A stretch of 64,000 nt of DNA from Alloascoidea hylecoeti. Its lineage: Eukaryota. The notes beneath the pieces are model-generated. The model did no database searches. It saw only the letters and a list, made by a program, of their open reading frames with translations, and was not told the DNA's origin. Below are positions 11,707-24,820 of the stretch, piece after piece. How positions within the stretch are numbered: position 1 is the stretch's first letter; every line of letters starts with the position of its first letter. The stretch covers positions 90,982 through 154,981 of the forward strand of contig BCKZ01000022.1 of NCBI GenBank assembly GCA_001600815.1, read 5' to 3'. Position numbers and translations under genes: made by a program.

Positions 11707-14141
11707 TAGGGTCATATATAATTAATATACATTGCAACTTTCTGTAGAAATATATTGTATGTTTAGTCATTGATTTGGTGGTATCTCCCACATTATTATG
11801 TTTTCAAATCAGTTATTCGGTGCTCCTCTTGATCATATAGTCAATATTGAGGCATCTACATTCTACATTCTATAAATTAGCTTAATTGAAGTCATAATTT
11901 ATTAATATGCCATTAATTAAGTAATTAGGAATAACCTCTAAAGGAGAAACTGCTTCTCTAGATCTAAGATATTAAATGCTACAATTCAAATCGAGCCAAA
12001 ATCACTTTCGTACTGTTTCTAAAATATTAGTTCTCAATCCTTCCCTGTAGGCTGAAAAATCCTTATGTCTCCAAATCCAACCATCCTGTGGCAATGTTTA
12101 TTGGATGGCCGAACCACACGCAATTAATTACCGCCCAATAATCAATAGCTATGTATGTTACCCGGATTGTCAAATCCTAATTTACACTCTTTTTCAAGTT
12201 GATGGTTTGACATTTATCGGAAACAACGTGGCATGTGCTGCCGGAATCTATTATGAAAGATGTCTTGAACCATAAAAACTTGTTCATCAGTACATGATGA
12301 TTTAAATAACTTAACAAGTTTGAGTAATTCATAGAGAATCTACAAGGACACTAAATGTTATAGGGAATTAGTCAACAGATTTATTCGAGTTGACTATCCT
12401 TATAGCACAATAATTCTTTTACAGGTCATATGATTAATACAATGAATCTGATACTAATATGGGGATCTGGATACTATATATATAACGCTCTATTTAAAGC
12501 TCATAATTTTTGTTCTAGGTACGTTGATTTTTGATTTATTTTTGAAGAAACATGATATTAACTTAGCAGTTTCTGATCCTAATATATTTGGTGATAATAA
12601 CACTATATTTATGACTAATTTCTTTTATTTCAGTTTTATTTAACGTTGGTTGTTGAATTATTTTACAGGAAAACATCATTTTAATACATTTAGATTCTAT
12701 CACTATATTCAACACCAATTTTTGGACTAGGATTATCTTATAACATTATACAACAATGGTATCATATTTAGGTATCTATTACTCACTAGCTTTAGTAGTT
12801 ATTTACAGATAATGAAGCTTACCTAAAATGAGTAGATGCGTGGGAAAATAGATTTTCAACGCAACAATATAAGAAGCTTCACTATAGGATCAAATTATTT
12901 GGTTTTTATGTACCACCCGATAAGTAAAATTCTTGAACATAGTAACGATATGATGAATGCCATCGTTCCTTTAACCCATATAAACAACAAGACATCATTA
13001 AACAAAATATTTAACAGACCTACACAACTTTTAGTCAATGCTTACTAATTTCTGCGCGTCAATGCAGCAATATGGAGGATTTCCACGCGTGCAGAACCCC
13101 CCAAAATTTTTAGGATTTCACCCTCTTAGGGTACACGGAGCGCATTTTCTCATGGTATTGAGGGTAAATCTGGCTCTTTATGTATACCCACGCACCCACC
13201 CCCACATAACGCTCATAACACACAGCTACACGTGATGCAAAAAAACTTGTGTAGGTAACATTTGAGCGAGGCAATCTAGATAACTCTTACATAAAAGTAG
13301 AATGCCCTATTAATACCTTTAGATTATCAATTCTCTGAATAGTTTGGTTGGACACTTTGCATTTGAATCATTTGATGGGGGAGCTGCTGAATCTTGACGA
13401 ACTAAATGTATTGGTGTTTCAAAAAATTTTAAGAAATTTCAAGAATATCTTTTATCTTTTGATCTCGATCATGGTCATGGTCATGGTCATTATGTCGATC
13501 ACTACAACACATTATGTGATCCCAATTGTATATTGCGATTATAAAATCTGTTCTAATTTTGAAAATTTGAAAATTTGAAATAATAAACGTATACACATAT
13601 ACAAGTTACAAAATTAAAAGATATAAAGTAGCTATAATGTCTAGTATACGCATATGTAAATAGCTATATAATTAAATATCACTATCATTAATATGAAATA
13701 AAAAATAAAAAAATTTAAAGAGCGTAAAAAAAGAGAAAAAAAAGAAAACCAAATGACTTAATAAATCTTAAAAAACCTCATATATAATAATTATGTATAA
13801 TAAAGAATTAAAGAAAAAAAAAAATTTAAAAAAAATTATGAATAAGGATAAAGCTGTTGGCCATGGATAGATGATCATAAGACGAATTTATATGATTTGA
13901 TTTATATTAATCAAGAGATAGTTTTATTTTATTTTATTTTAGAAAAACAAAAATAAAAACAAAAATAAAAGTTAATTTAAAAAACATATATCTACTCCCA
14001 AATATTATCGGTTTTAGTTTGATATCCAATAATATAATTTATCCAAATCCTTTATCAATTCCCTAATACATAATTTCCAAATTTAAATCCTAACTATGCT
14101 CCCCACTTTGTATCCAATGAATATTAGAACCTTCATGTATA

Positions 14142-15788
14142 TCATAATAAAGAAGAACCTTCACTGTCATTGTCCTTCAATATACTAGTAGCATTATTTG
14201 TTGTTGTATTAGATTGTGCTTTTGAACTTTGAGCCTGTTGTGATTGTGAGCTTGAGGCTGGCGATTGAGCATCATTAGCTTCAATTGGTGTGATATCTGT
14301 ACCACTTGATGATCTTTTTCTATCATCACTATTGTTGTTGTTATCATTATTGTTATTATTTTGTAATGATAATTCTCTTGTTTCTTGTTCAAGAATCGAA
14401 ATTCGAATCGCCTCCATGATCATCCTTTCTTCCATATCGGCCAATGCTCGATCATTAGAAGCTTGATCCACCAAAGAAGTTGATATTTCATTTCTCCTAT
14501 TTGAAGCCAATCCAATTCTACTTGGTCTTCTCCAACGACCATTTGATCCACTAACATTTGTATTTAACATCAAAGATGAGGCATGGATTGCAGTTGCCGC
14601 TGCTGCACGTCTTGCTAATTTTGCCTTGGCGTGAACCAACTTTAATTGCCAATCTGGACGAATTTGATCTATACTGATAACATTTGGATTATTTGGTGGG
14701 ATAGAACCGGCACGGGTTCGTGCTACAGGAGGAGTTAAGGTGCTTGTACCAGGCGTTGAAGAAACGTCAGTGAAAAGAGAACTACTGATCCCCCATTTCT
14801 TTGGAGGAGGAGTATAACATACACCAAATTCAGACATTGCGCAATAAGGGCATAAAGCAGGTTCAGAAATGAGTTCTTTATCAGGTTGTAAAGTTTCGTT
14901 GTTTGTATTTGAATTTTGATCGTTATCATGTGGATAATGAGGTTCTGATCGTTTAATTTGAACAAAACATTCGGTACAAATAGGTTGTCCACAACATCTT
15001 GTTGTATTTAATTGATCAGGATAATATAAAAAGCAAATGGGACACTCAACTCCATTTCGATATATAGCCACTTCAGGAGGAACTTCATCGAAACTTTTGA
15101 CGCTATCACTTTTCTGAACATCTAATTCGAGATTAAAATCAAGTCCATTTGTTATTTTGTCTTTACTTTTATTTGAAGAATTTGTCTTAGATGATCCAGT
15201 TTCTTTAAATTCAGCTTCATGAATTGCATTATATAATTCCAAATCATCCAGATTATCATCATAATCTTCTAGAGGTTTAAAAAAAGGAGCCAATCTTCTA
15301 TCAATAATCAATTGTTTTACAACATAAATATTAAAATCCTGAGTGGCCGTATAAACACCATGTGGGCCTAAATAACCACCATCAACGATTTCGTCCCATT
15401 TTATCTTCATTTCATTAGCTAATTCCAGCTCTCTTTGAGCTTCTAGTTCTTTTTCCTTCTCACGTTCTTTTCTTTTTTTTCTTCGTGATGATGATGGGCT
15501 ATTCCCAGTTCCTACGGGATTATTGAAATAAGAATTCGAGCCTCTAGTATGAGAAGATGAGAATGAAGAATCCAAACCAAGTAACGTACCTTCCAACGAA
15601 GCAAGTAAACTAGCCGACGCTCTTCTTGTGGAAGCGACATTCAGGTCAGATGATCTAATAGGTAGAGGGCCTGCACCGGATTGGGCCCGTGCTCTTGAAG
15701 ACTGGCCATGACTTTGGGATTGAGAAACCGAACGGGATCTATAACGGGCAGATCGGTCCCCTTCTTCTTTTGTAGGAGTATTTCCCAT
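14142..15788 (-). CDS. SIP5: Sip5, Snf1/Reg1-interacting RING-like protein
   Basis: MGNTPTKE myristoylation-type start, VDGGYL, RRLAPFFKPL, ECPICFLYYP..N.TRCC.QPICTECFVQIKR, ISEPALCPYC, MIMEAIRIS. Confidence 0.93.
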   Translation of the reverse strand: MGNTPTKEEGDRSARYRSRSVSQSQSHGQSSRARAQSGAGPLPIRSSDLNVASTRRASASLLASLEGTLLGLDSSFSSSHTRGSNSYFNNPVGTGNSPSSSRRKKRKEREKEKELEAQRELELANEMKIKWDEIVDGGYLGPHGVYTATQDFNIYVVKQLIIDRRLAPFFKPLEDYDDNLDDLELYNAIHEAEFKETGSSKTNSSNKSKDKITNGLDFNLELDVQKSDSVKSFDEVPPEVAIYRNGVECPICFLYYPDQLNTTRCCGQPICTECFVQIKRSEPHYPHDNDQNSNTNNETLQPDKELISEPALCPYCAMSEFGVCYTPPPKKWGISSSLFTDVSSTPGTSTLTPPVARTRAGSIPPNNPNVISIDQIRPDWQLKLVHAKAKLARRAAAATAIHASSLMLNTNVSGSNGRWRRPSRIGLASNRRNEISTSLVDQASNDRALADMEERMIMEAIRISILEQETRELSLQNNNNNDNNNNSDDRKRSSSGTDITPIEANDAQSPASSSQSQQAQSSKAQSNTTTNNATSILKDNDSEGSSLL

Positions 15789-16576
15789 GACTATTTGATG
15801 TTTTGACGTTTGGGGAAAAGATCTGAGGGAAGAAACAGTGGATGGGATGGTGTGAGCTCAAGACAGTTTGAGGGCAATGGTGGCCGGGTAATCCGAATGC
15901 TCAAACTTAATTTTGCTGAGAGAAAGTTTAATTTTTAATTTTTTTTTTAGTTTTTAATTTTTACAATTGCTAAAATATTTCAGATTTGGTGGAACCTGAA
16001 ATTCTCGAGTCCCTTTTGGATTTTGTTAACCTGCAATTGTTTGGATCTTTTGTGGAGTTTTAGAAAGATCTGTTTCCCTAAAATATCTACCCTTTTTTGA
16101 TCAGTAATAAAAAATACTTAGCTATTCCGCTATTTAAATAAAAAAGTTTTAATCTTCTAATCGGATCTAGACTGCAACTATACATGATGCTGTGACCTTT
16201 CTATAAAATATAAATTACTATATATATTGATCACAATAACAGCCATAAAATTTTTATTTGACTACAGCTACACCCTAGGCCTTCCCGATTCTTAAAAAAG
16301 TTGTAAAAAAAACTGCCAGCACGTCACTAAACTAGCCATGAAAATATGTCAATGCAATTAATTGCGAATGTTAATCCTTAATTTAAAAAATAAGATTTTG
16401 TTATCATTATCGATCCATTGATCAAGGAAAAATTATGCTTTCGGTATGAAACATCCTTACACGTGAGTAAGTAGTGAAAACTCAGTTTTTTTTTATTTTT
16501 TTTATCAAGATGATTCAAGATCGAAGATCTTGATTTTCAGATGTTATTTTTTTCGATTTTTTCAATTTTCAAATGT

Positions 16577-18319
16577 TTAACTAATTGGTTTTTCAACAAA
16601 TGAATTATTCAAAATTGTAAAATTTAATCGATCATCAACCATAATTAATTTCTTAATATTATTTGAACTTCCATCATCTATAACAATATGTTTCTTTTCA
16701 CCAGTTTCCATATTATATAAAAATAAATAAACCATACTATATATTATTGATATGTCTCGGGTATCATACACAAAGTACGTTATCAATAATGCAATTGTTT
16801 CATTCCAAAAGTATGGTCTAACATTTAATTCCCAAAGTTTTATAAATTCATTCTCTGCTTCGAGTTGTGATTGAAGGTCATTAAGACTAGGTGATTTAAA
16901 TAATATTTTCCAATCATTATTATTTGTTTTAAATATTTTATCTTGAATTCTTTGATTCCATAAATTTTCCCTTTTTATAGCTGATAAACTTGTATTAAAT
17001 TTAAAAACATTAATATTAATATTATCATTTTTCAATTCTAATTGTGATAAAAATAAATCAATTGATAAATAACAAATTTTAAATCTTGAAATGGAAAATC
17101 TTCTACCTTGATTTTCTAATATATACATTTTTAAAAAAATATGAGATCCATAATTATAAAATTGTGTCATAAATTCATTTGGTTCATAAACTGCATAAAA
17201 ATCAGGATCATAAGGAATTTCATAACTTCCTAAATATGTACCAGTTTCTGTCCAAAAAATTAATATATGAAAAGTTGGTTCTGAAAAATTTAATTGTATT
17301 GGAATCATTATAAAAGAATTTGATATTTGAATTTTATGTAATGGAGAAAGCATCATATGACATAATTTGCCACCAAATGTTGCTGCCCAAATTAAAATTG
17401 GTTGATTGTTTCCATTTTTTTTATAACATTTAAAAGTAACTTTATCCATATTAACCCTATCAATATTAATATTTGGAAATATAATCATATAATTCCCATT
17501 TGTTGCACTATATTTATCAAGTCGACCTAATCGACTTTCTTCCATAGGAGTTATTGTTTGACCCCTGTCATTTATAGCAGGTATATAATCGTTATAATCG
17601 GGTTGTTTAATTTCTTCATCAAAATTTACAGGAAAAGTCCAACTATCAGTTAAAATTTGTGTAGTTTTTGAATTTGTCCAATCAAACATATCAAGTGAAT
17701 AATTCATTGTACAAACTCCTTTAGGTAATGACACTATAAGTTTATTATTTGATATTACTTCCAATTCTTTTGCTTTTGAATTTTCATTGTTATTATTACT
17801 ACTATCGGAAAAATCTAAAGGGATTAATTGAATTGAACATTTATCAACTGTATTCTTATTATAATCACCAATTGAAAAATTCCATTGTGTACTATTAATT
17901 TTTAATTCTCCAGGTCCATTAAGTTGAGCTAAAGAATAAAAATCTTTATTATCAGAAAATAATATATCCATCATTTCATTAAGACAAGAAGATGATATTT
18001 TTTCAAATTTAAAAGATTTAAATAATGATGTATTAAAAACATTTATCATTTCACCTTCTTCTTTACCTTCTCTTTCATTAATTAAATCATTTAATGTATT
18101 TATTACATTAAAACATTTATCTTGTAATCTTTTTCTAGAAATAATATTATTATCCCCTACTCCAAAATTTAAAAGAATTTCTGAATTTGGTATTGAATGA
18201 AATTGAAATATTGTTTTACATGTTCTTGCAAAATTATATGAATCGATTAATGAAAGATAATTATAAGTTATGTCCATTAATAACTCTTGTGGGAGATCTA
18301 ATAGCATTAATCGTCCCAT
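16577..18319 (-). CDS. F-box protein, lineage-specific
   Basis: N-terminal LLDLPQELLMDI..YLSL.D..NFARTCK F-box motif; the remainder is unrecognised. Confidence 0.75.
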   Translation of the reverse strand: MGRLMLLDLPQELLMDITYNYLSLIDSYNFARTCKTIFQFHSIPNSEILLNFGVGDNNIISRKRLQDKCFNVINTLNDLINEREGKEEGEMINVFNTSLFKSFKFEKISSSCLNEMMDILFSDNKDFYSLAQLNGPGELKINSTQWNFSIGDYNKNTVDKCSIQLIPLDFSDSSNNNNENSKAKELEVISNNKLIVSLPKGVCTMNYSLDMFDWTNSKTTQILTDSWTFPVNFDEEIKQPDYNDYIPAINDRGQTITPMEESRLGRLDKYSATNGNYMIIFPNINIDRVNMDKVTFKCYKKNGNNQPILIWAATFGGKLCHMMLSPLHKIQISNSFIMIPIQLNFSEPTFHILIFWTETGTYLGSYEIPYDPDFYAVYEPNEFMTQFYNYGSHIFLKMYILENQGRRFSISRFKICYLSIDLFLSQLELKNDNININVFKFNTSLSAIKRENLWNQRIQDKIFKTNNNDWKILFKSPSLNDLQSQLEAENEFIKLWELNVRPYFWNETIALLITYFVYDTRDISIIYSMVYLFLYNMETGEKKHIVIDDGSSNNIKKLIMVDDRLNFTILNNSFVEKPIS

Positions 18320-18895
18320 AATGTATAAATATTTTACGTTGAAATGTTATCTTGAAACCAACCAAATATACCTGTTTATAACTAAAAACCAATGTACTTT
18401 TAAACAGTAAATACCGGTATGTATTGCTTATAGTTGATAAATAAATATATGAATGCTTTGAAATAATGAACTTGTTGCAAATGAGGTTGAATTTAAAGAA
18501 TCCGAGTAAGAGCACGTGGTGTGGCTCGTCTAAATAATTGGCATCTCTCCTAGTAATAAAAGTCTACAAAGGAATTTCTCAAGTAACTCTACTTTGCTAG
18601 TTGTTAATGTATCTTTAAAGGTTGATCACCTGATACCATGTGTAATGTTGTACCATGATAAGTGGAGGTTTTGTGCCGGGTCTCCAGGAGTTGGACAACT
18701 CAAAAATTCAAGGACATGGTAAAGTCTCTGGTTATTATCTTAAGTTTAACATTTTTTATTTGGTCGAATTATCTTAAATATCGTAGTTTTCACTTTACTT
18801 ACTCGATGGCATTGAGTGTTTGAACTTTGAAGTGATAAGTTTAGTTCTATAATATATCTAAATCTATTAAATATATGAAATAATAAGTGATTATA

Positions 18896-20044
18896 CTAAT
18901 CAGCATTTTCATTTTCATGTTCATTTAGTGATTCAGAAAATTCTTCAGTTGGAGGTTCAGCCATAGGAGTTAACCTAAATAAATGTCTCTTTTCATCCAA
19001 ATAGTTATAATTTAAAACAACACTATGTAAAGTTCTTCTATTATCCCAAACAACAACACTACCAGGTTCCCATTTAATTCTAACTTGTAAATCTAANGAA
19101 TTTTCTAAAATTCCGTATAAAAAATTTAAAACATTTGATGATTCTTCATCTTTAAAACCAACAATTTCTCTACTAAATACTCTATTAACATAAATTGATT
19201 TCTTTTTTGTAACTGGATGAGTTCTAATTAATGGATGAATTGAATCTGAAATTTCATTTCTTAATGGTAAATTGTGTTCCGCAAGTTTTTTAAAACCATC
19301 ACCTGAATGACGAACTTTTAAACCTTCCAATGTTTTTTTATAATTATCAGATAACCTATCATAAGCACCTTGAGAATCAGAAAAAACAGTATCTCCACCA
19401 TCAGTTGGACCTTGTAAATGTATTAAGAAAGTTGTACCTGCAGGTTGTGGTTCAAAACTAATATCTGAATGCCAATGATTTGTATTCAATTTTATTAATG
19501 GTTGTTTAGAAACATTTACATCATGAACAACACCAATTTCAGGATGATTTTTTGGTGATCCACCCGCTGGATGAATATGACCAGGACCAAAATAATTTCC
19601 AAATTTAATTGCTTCATCAACTGATAAATCTTTAAAATCTTGATTTCTAAAAACTGCAACACCACGTTGTGCAATAAATAAAGCTAATTCATCTTTACCA
19701 TCATTTGATAATTTTGAAAGTTGAATACCTGTAATATCACTACCAAAATTATGACTTAATTTTTCATGTTTAAAATCTTCATTAGCAGGAAATAAATTTG
19801 GAAATAATGGATTTGCTTTTAATCCTTTATCAATATGATTAAAAGTTGGATTTTTTAAAGTTTGACCGATTTTCCATACTGGTAAATATTGAGGATATTT
19901 ATAATTTAATTCATCTTGTTTTGTTAAACCAACTGTTTCATTATCTTCTTTTAAAACTAAACCATTTGGGAATGGACCTTTATTAATTGAAATTTTTGAT
20001 AAATTTAAATTTAAATCAACTTTATTTGAATTTGAAGATGGCAT
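18896..20044 (-). CDS. JLP1: Fe(II)/alpha-ketoglutarate sulfonate dioxygenase (TauD/Jlp1 family)
   Basis: WHSDISFE (HxD), GGDTVF, HPLIRTHPVT, WDNRRTLH. Confidence 0.9.
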   Translation of the reverse strand: MPSSNSNKVDLNLNLSKISINKGPFPNGLVLKEDNETVGLTKQDELNYKYPQYLPVWKIGQTLKNPTFNHIDKGLKANPLFPNLFPANEDFKHEKLSHNFGSDITGIQLSKLSNDGKDELALFIAQRGVAVFRNQDFKDLSVDEAIKFGNYFGPGHIHPAGGSPKNHPEIGVVHDVNVSKQPLIKLNTNHWHSDISFEPQPAGTTFLIHLQGPTDGGDTVFSDSQGAYDRLSDNYKKTLEGLKVRHSGDGFKKLAEHNLPLRNEISDSIHPLIRTHPVTKKKSIYVNRVFSREIVGFKDEESSNVLNFLYGILENXLDLQVRIKWEPGSVVVWDNRRTLHSVVLNYNYLDEKRHLFRLTPMAEPPTEEFSESLNEHENENAD

Positions 20045-21369
20045 TTTTTTAGAAATTTAAATATACCAAGTATTAATATTGTTCAATTATGTTTCATATA
20101 TATTCAAGATCAATGATAGAAAATTAATATAAATATGCCAGAAATTCTTATCTTTTATAGTTTTAGAAGTACCAATATATCAATGGCATTATTAATCATC
20201 GTATCACAATATTAATGATGAAAATGATGCAATATTTGGAGATAATGATAATGATAACCGTTTCCAGAAAGACGTAGCGCTGATTGCTTAGGGCCAGTGT
20301 TTTATTTAAGTACAAGTATTACATAATACATAGGAATGGGCACGAATTACGAATCACCGAGATTCTTTCAGAGATTACGGAAAATAGTATTTCATAGATC
20401 ATGCTGATATGTTGATGTATGTAATAATAAGACTGGGTTACCCTGCAATAACAGTCACATGTGTTTCTGGAGATTAACGGAAATTATAGGCTACCGGACC
20501 GTACCGGTACCAGCTATAAGGAACCCTCAAAATCAACGTTTCTGTCAATCGTTCCGACCGACCCCTAATCATAACCGATTTTCCCCACACTTCTATTTCT
20601 TGATTTCGTAACCGATCTTCCCACCATTTAACACGCTCGACCCAAATTTTTGAAATCGGGGATCCAATTTTTTGCCAAAGTATTTGGAGATACCCATTAT
20701 AATCTCTCGGAATATAAGTTATATCCCAAATGCAAATTTAGAAAAACTTATATTAGTCCTTTTTAATTCATTAAAAGTCTATCATATTATATCTCGTGTA
20801 ACATATTTAGAGAGAACTATTCAATGTAGCGATATATTTTTACTTTCATTGATACCTCAATATTGACATTGAAATTAAAACTAAGTTTTGATGGATATCG
20901 ATAATTATAAATTTCCTATCCTTGCGACTTGTAAACCATGGCGCTAATTAAGAGTACTCAATATATGATTATAACTAATTATTCAGATATTCTAACAAAA
21001 CCAGTTAGTGGTAACACTTTTATGAAAGTGAAGAGTTATCTTATAAAATGATTATTAAGTAAGGTAAAGAAGGAGTGTTAGATATTAAGGTTTGTTTTGA
21101 TTAGTTTATGAAATGAGGCTCGATATTTAGTAGTTACTATATAATCAGCCATTTCTACTTGTTTTTATAGAACAGATAAATATATATACAATAATATACA
21201 GATAATAACTACAGGTTAAAGATGTCAGATACAAAAGAGGTATCCAGATCCGAACAATTTGTATAAGTTATAGGAACATAGGCATATGAAAGATTATATT
21301 TATAAGGGTCTTATATAGTGTGTATCCAGCTTTGTGAACTTCAAGTAATAATTAATTAATAAAGAAAGA

Positions 21370-21800
21370 ATGGGCGAATCTAATCATTCAAAAAGTATTC
21401 CTGAGATATCAGAAAAGAACGGAAATCAATCATTGTTACTTGATTTGGTTGAAAAATCATGGATCCATATTCCACATCTTCTTAATTTGCTATTCTGGTG
21501 ATTTTTCTCAGCGCTACAATAAACGGTTATAATTGTTCAATGTTGAATGGCTTACAATCAATACAGAAATGGTATGTTGATATTTATAATCAAGGGTTAT
21601 GTTTCCGGATTAATGAATCCAATTGCTTTGGATAATATTGACTGGAGATATTATATTATATGGACATGTTGGATATTAGTGGAAGTAATTGTTATATACT
21701 TTTTATTTCCAGAGACAAGACATTAGAAGATGTTGTAATTGTTTTCGGTGATAATATTAATTCTGAAAAGTTAGACGAAACTCATGTTTATATTTATAGT
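21370..21800 (+). pseudogene. Lac12/cellodextrin-permease-like MFS sugar porter pseudogene with a large internal deletion
   Basis: Manual translation: KSWIHIPHLLNL and ATINGYNCSMLNGLQSIQKW (TM1), joined almost directly to NPIALDNIDWRYYIIWTCWILVEVIVIYFLFPET / KTLEDV (TM12, PET motif). Contains stops and frameshifts. Confidence 0.8.
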
Positions 21801-22407
21801 AATAAAATTGAATTTAATCATAAGAAATCATCCTCCACTTTTTATAAATCAGAGTTCATAATTTTTAGACTTGATATAATCGTAATGTTTAATAATTGAG
21901 ATAAGATGAACTGATTATACTTGTGACAAAAAATCTCTAATAATAGCACCAATGTACCATCAGGGCGCGTAGTTAACAAGTTCAAAATTAGAGTCTTATT
22001 CTCTGACCCAATGCATGATGTCACATCTCTAATAGGGACACGGCAAATAGAGAACTTCTTCCAATATTTTCAATCCTCGGATGGCATATCAATTCTAGTA
22101 TATATATGCTCTCTTCAGTGACAATAATGACATTTCGGTGTTTAGGATGCAAGATAAAAGTAAAGTTATATGAATAAAAGAAAAGGAGTATAACAGAAAT
22201 TTTCTTGCCAATAATTTAGCAACTAGCTGTAGTCTACCAGTGTATGGGATAAAATTTGAAAAGGTCGTACCTCACTGTATTCCGTGGTTGAGGATCCTAT
22301 ACAGTACTTTGCGTAAATATCGACCACTCTCTACTAATAAGTTGCTATGCATATGCATATATATTTGTATGTAGAATTGCAGACTTACTGTATATGGAAA
22401 TGCATAA

Positions 22408-22675
22408 CGTAGATGGCTCATTTTAGTTATAATTATAATTATAAATAGATATACGGTATCACTGATTTTCTTAGGTATTCTATTAAATCTATAAATATTT
22501 AAAATTCCTTTTCTTCATAATTATTCAGTCATGTAAGATGGACATATGTGCATGGTAAATCAAACATTCTCTCTAGGCTGCTCTCGAATGCCATAAAAAA
22601 AATGATGATAATTAACTTAACAACCTGAAGCTATTCGTACTATACCTACGATGAATATACCTATAAGGAATCGGT
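22408..22675 (+). mobile_element. LTR-like repeat, copy 1 (~270 bp)
   Basis: Aligns by eye, with indels, to the reverse complement of 38437-38713. Begins (C/T)GTAGATGGCTCA and is followed by copia RT remnants. Confidence 0.75.
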
Positions 22676-22749
22676 ATAGTCAAACAAGGAGTGGAAAAAT
22701 AACTAATATATATACAAGAGTATTTCTGGAAAACAAATATAACAGTTAA

Positions 22750-23110
22750 GTGGAAGTGAGATCTGAAAGAGGTAAAGATAATTTTACATTCAGATTACAT
22801 GATCTTGATGTTGGTATAAAGTTCATGAATAATGAGATTCAAAGTATTTTCATTAATAAACCAACGACAATCAAGGAACTGTTGTTTAATATAATTAATA
22901 TGAAGGAGAATGAGTGGAAAGGATATCATAATATTCTTTAATTTATATCTCAAACAGTACTATAGTTGGATAAAGACAAATTGAATCTTATTATAAAAGG
23001 GAGTTCGAACTATAGGAATTTAATTGAGAAGTTGTTATATTTAGGTAATTGGTTGAGAATTGATTTATCCTATATTGCTTTATATTTAGCTTATAATATT
23101 AAAAATGGAA
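22750..23110 (+). mobile_element. Ty1/copia reverse transcriptase remnant
   Basis: FRLHDLDVGIKF..IFINK...IKELL (cf. F.MKDLG..FLG..I.L.Q.YI.+L) and YRNLIEKLLYLGNWLRIDLSYIALYLA (cf. YRSLVGSLLYL..TRPDISYAV). Confidence 0.7.
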
Positions 23111-24820
23111 TGTACTAGTATGATCTGAATCTCAATTATTGAAATTCAAAATATACTCACTAATTAAAAAATTACAATCCAGAATTATATAGAAGCGTAT
23201 ACCTGTTATATAATTTATAATTATTTGTCAAAGCTGGCTTCGGTGGTACTAGTACTTGGTGGGGCGCATCTTGGCCATGGGATTGTTGTGTACATGTATC
23301 TTTGGTCAAACGCTTCATCTACCATGTGTGCCCCCTATGTCAACCCCTAAATCCTTACACAATATACTGGATTAATAAGATTATTCTCCTTTAATTTTGC
23401 AAGCAATTGGAAGATTTTGTTTACTACGGCCGAAAAGTGTTCACCATTCTTTCTGCAATAAAATGTTGAGCAGGCGACACGGTTCTCTTTACTAATATGT
23501 ATTTGCCATTTTTTCTAAGCATTTAACAATTCTAGCCTATTTTCTCATTGATGGAAGAACGATTGAGTTATTACTATTCTCCGGGTTGAGGAGTGGGGAA
23601 TGAAAATACAGGGTTTACAAATTTACGTGTTATGCCCAAAAGCCCTTCATTGTTCAAACTAAATGTGAGTTACCCTTTGCACCTGGGCGCTTATTTCTTT
23701 TTTCATTCAACAGGTTTGAACTTCAATTTTCCAATTTTTTATAATCTTATAATTACATGTCAATATAAACCAATCCTCTTTTTATTATTACTTTCTTAAA
23801 TTTTTCACTTGATTTGTTTTATTTATTAATATTATCAATTGAAAGATTTGTTTCGATTTGAATTTAAGTTTAATGTATTATTAATTCCAATTCTATATGA
23901 ATCACTTTATTTAATAATATTTATCGCTATTATTAATTGTAATTAGTGTATTGTAATTCTATAGCTAAAAATATATAAACAAAAAAATAAAAAGGTTGTA
24001 AATTAGATTTAGTGAGCTAGTGAGCTAGTATAAAAACAAAAATACAAAAATTAAGGCAATGGAATTCAATTTAAATGATCTGATCTATAGCAATTATAAA
24101 AAACAAAACAAAACAAATTAAAAAATACTAAATTGATGTATAAAACAAGAACAAATACATGAACTAAAAAATGATGATGGTAATGTAACATTGAATAACA
24201 AAAAAAAAATATAGATGTATTAATTAAAGATAAATCTAAAAAAAAAGTATGAGATGTAAGTATACATACAACATGATAATAGGACAATAAAAGTACAAAT
24301 TCAATTAAACAAACATAATAATATCAAGAAGTTTTAATCAATATCAAATATAAAGAATAATTTGATTTCATAAAATATATACATAATCTTAAGAAAAGCA
24401 TAAGGAAATTAATTAAAAATCAATAAACAATTTTGAAGAACGCAAAAATATAAAAAGAAATATCTAAAATGCCTCCCATGATCTGGCAACCCTTTCAGAT
24501 TAGATTAGATATTCTTTATATTATTTTTCTTCAATAATTGAAAAATATTGTTTATCATATATCAATAGTCGAAAATTTATAAACTTTCAATTTAAAAATA
24601 CAAAAGTGTATAAATGGAAAAAAACAGTGAAAAGAAAAAAAATAACAACATATAATATAATAATGAAGTAAACAATAAAAAACAATAAAAAACAATAAAA
24701 AACAAAAAAAAAAAATTGGAAAAAGAACAAAGAAGAATAAAACACATTAAAAAAACTCAGATCAAATTTAAAGAAAAAAGATGTGAATAGGATAAAAATT
24801 CCAAAAAAAAAAAAAAAAAA

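Noticed and set aside
13038..13235. GC-richer island with a 65 aa ORF
   Set aside because: No recognisable protein or RNA family; probably regulatory sequence.
21842..22100. Minus-strand TTRPDGT resembling the Ty1 RT KRDGT motif
   Set aside because: A single short motif, too weak to call although it is adjacent to copia debris.
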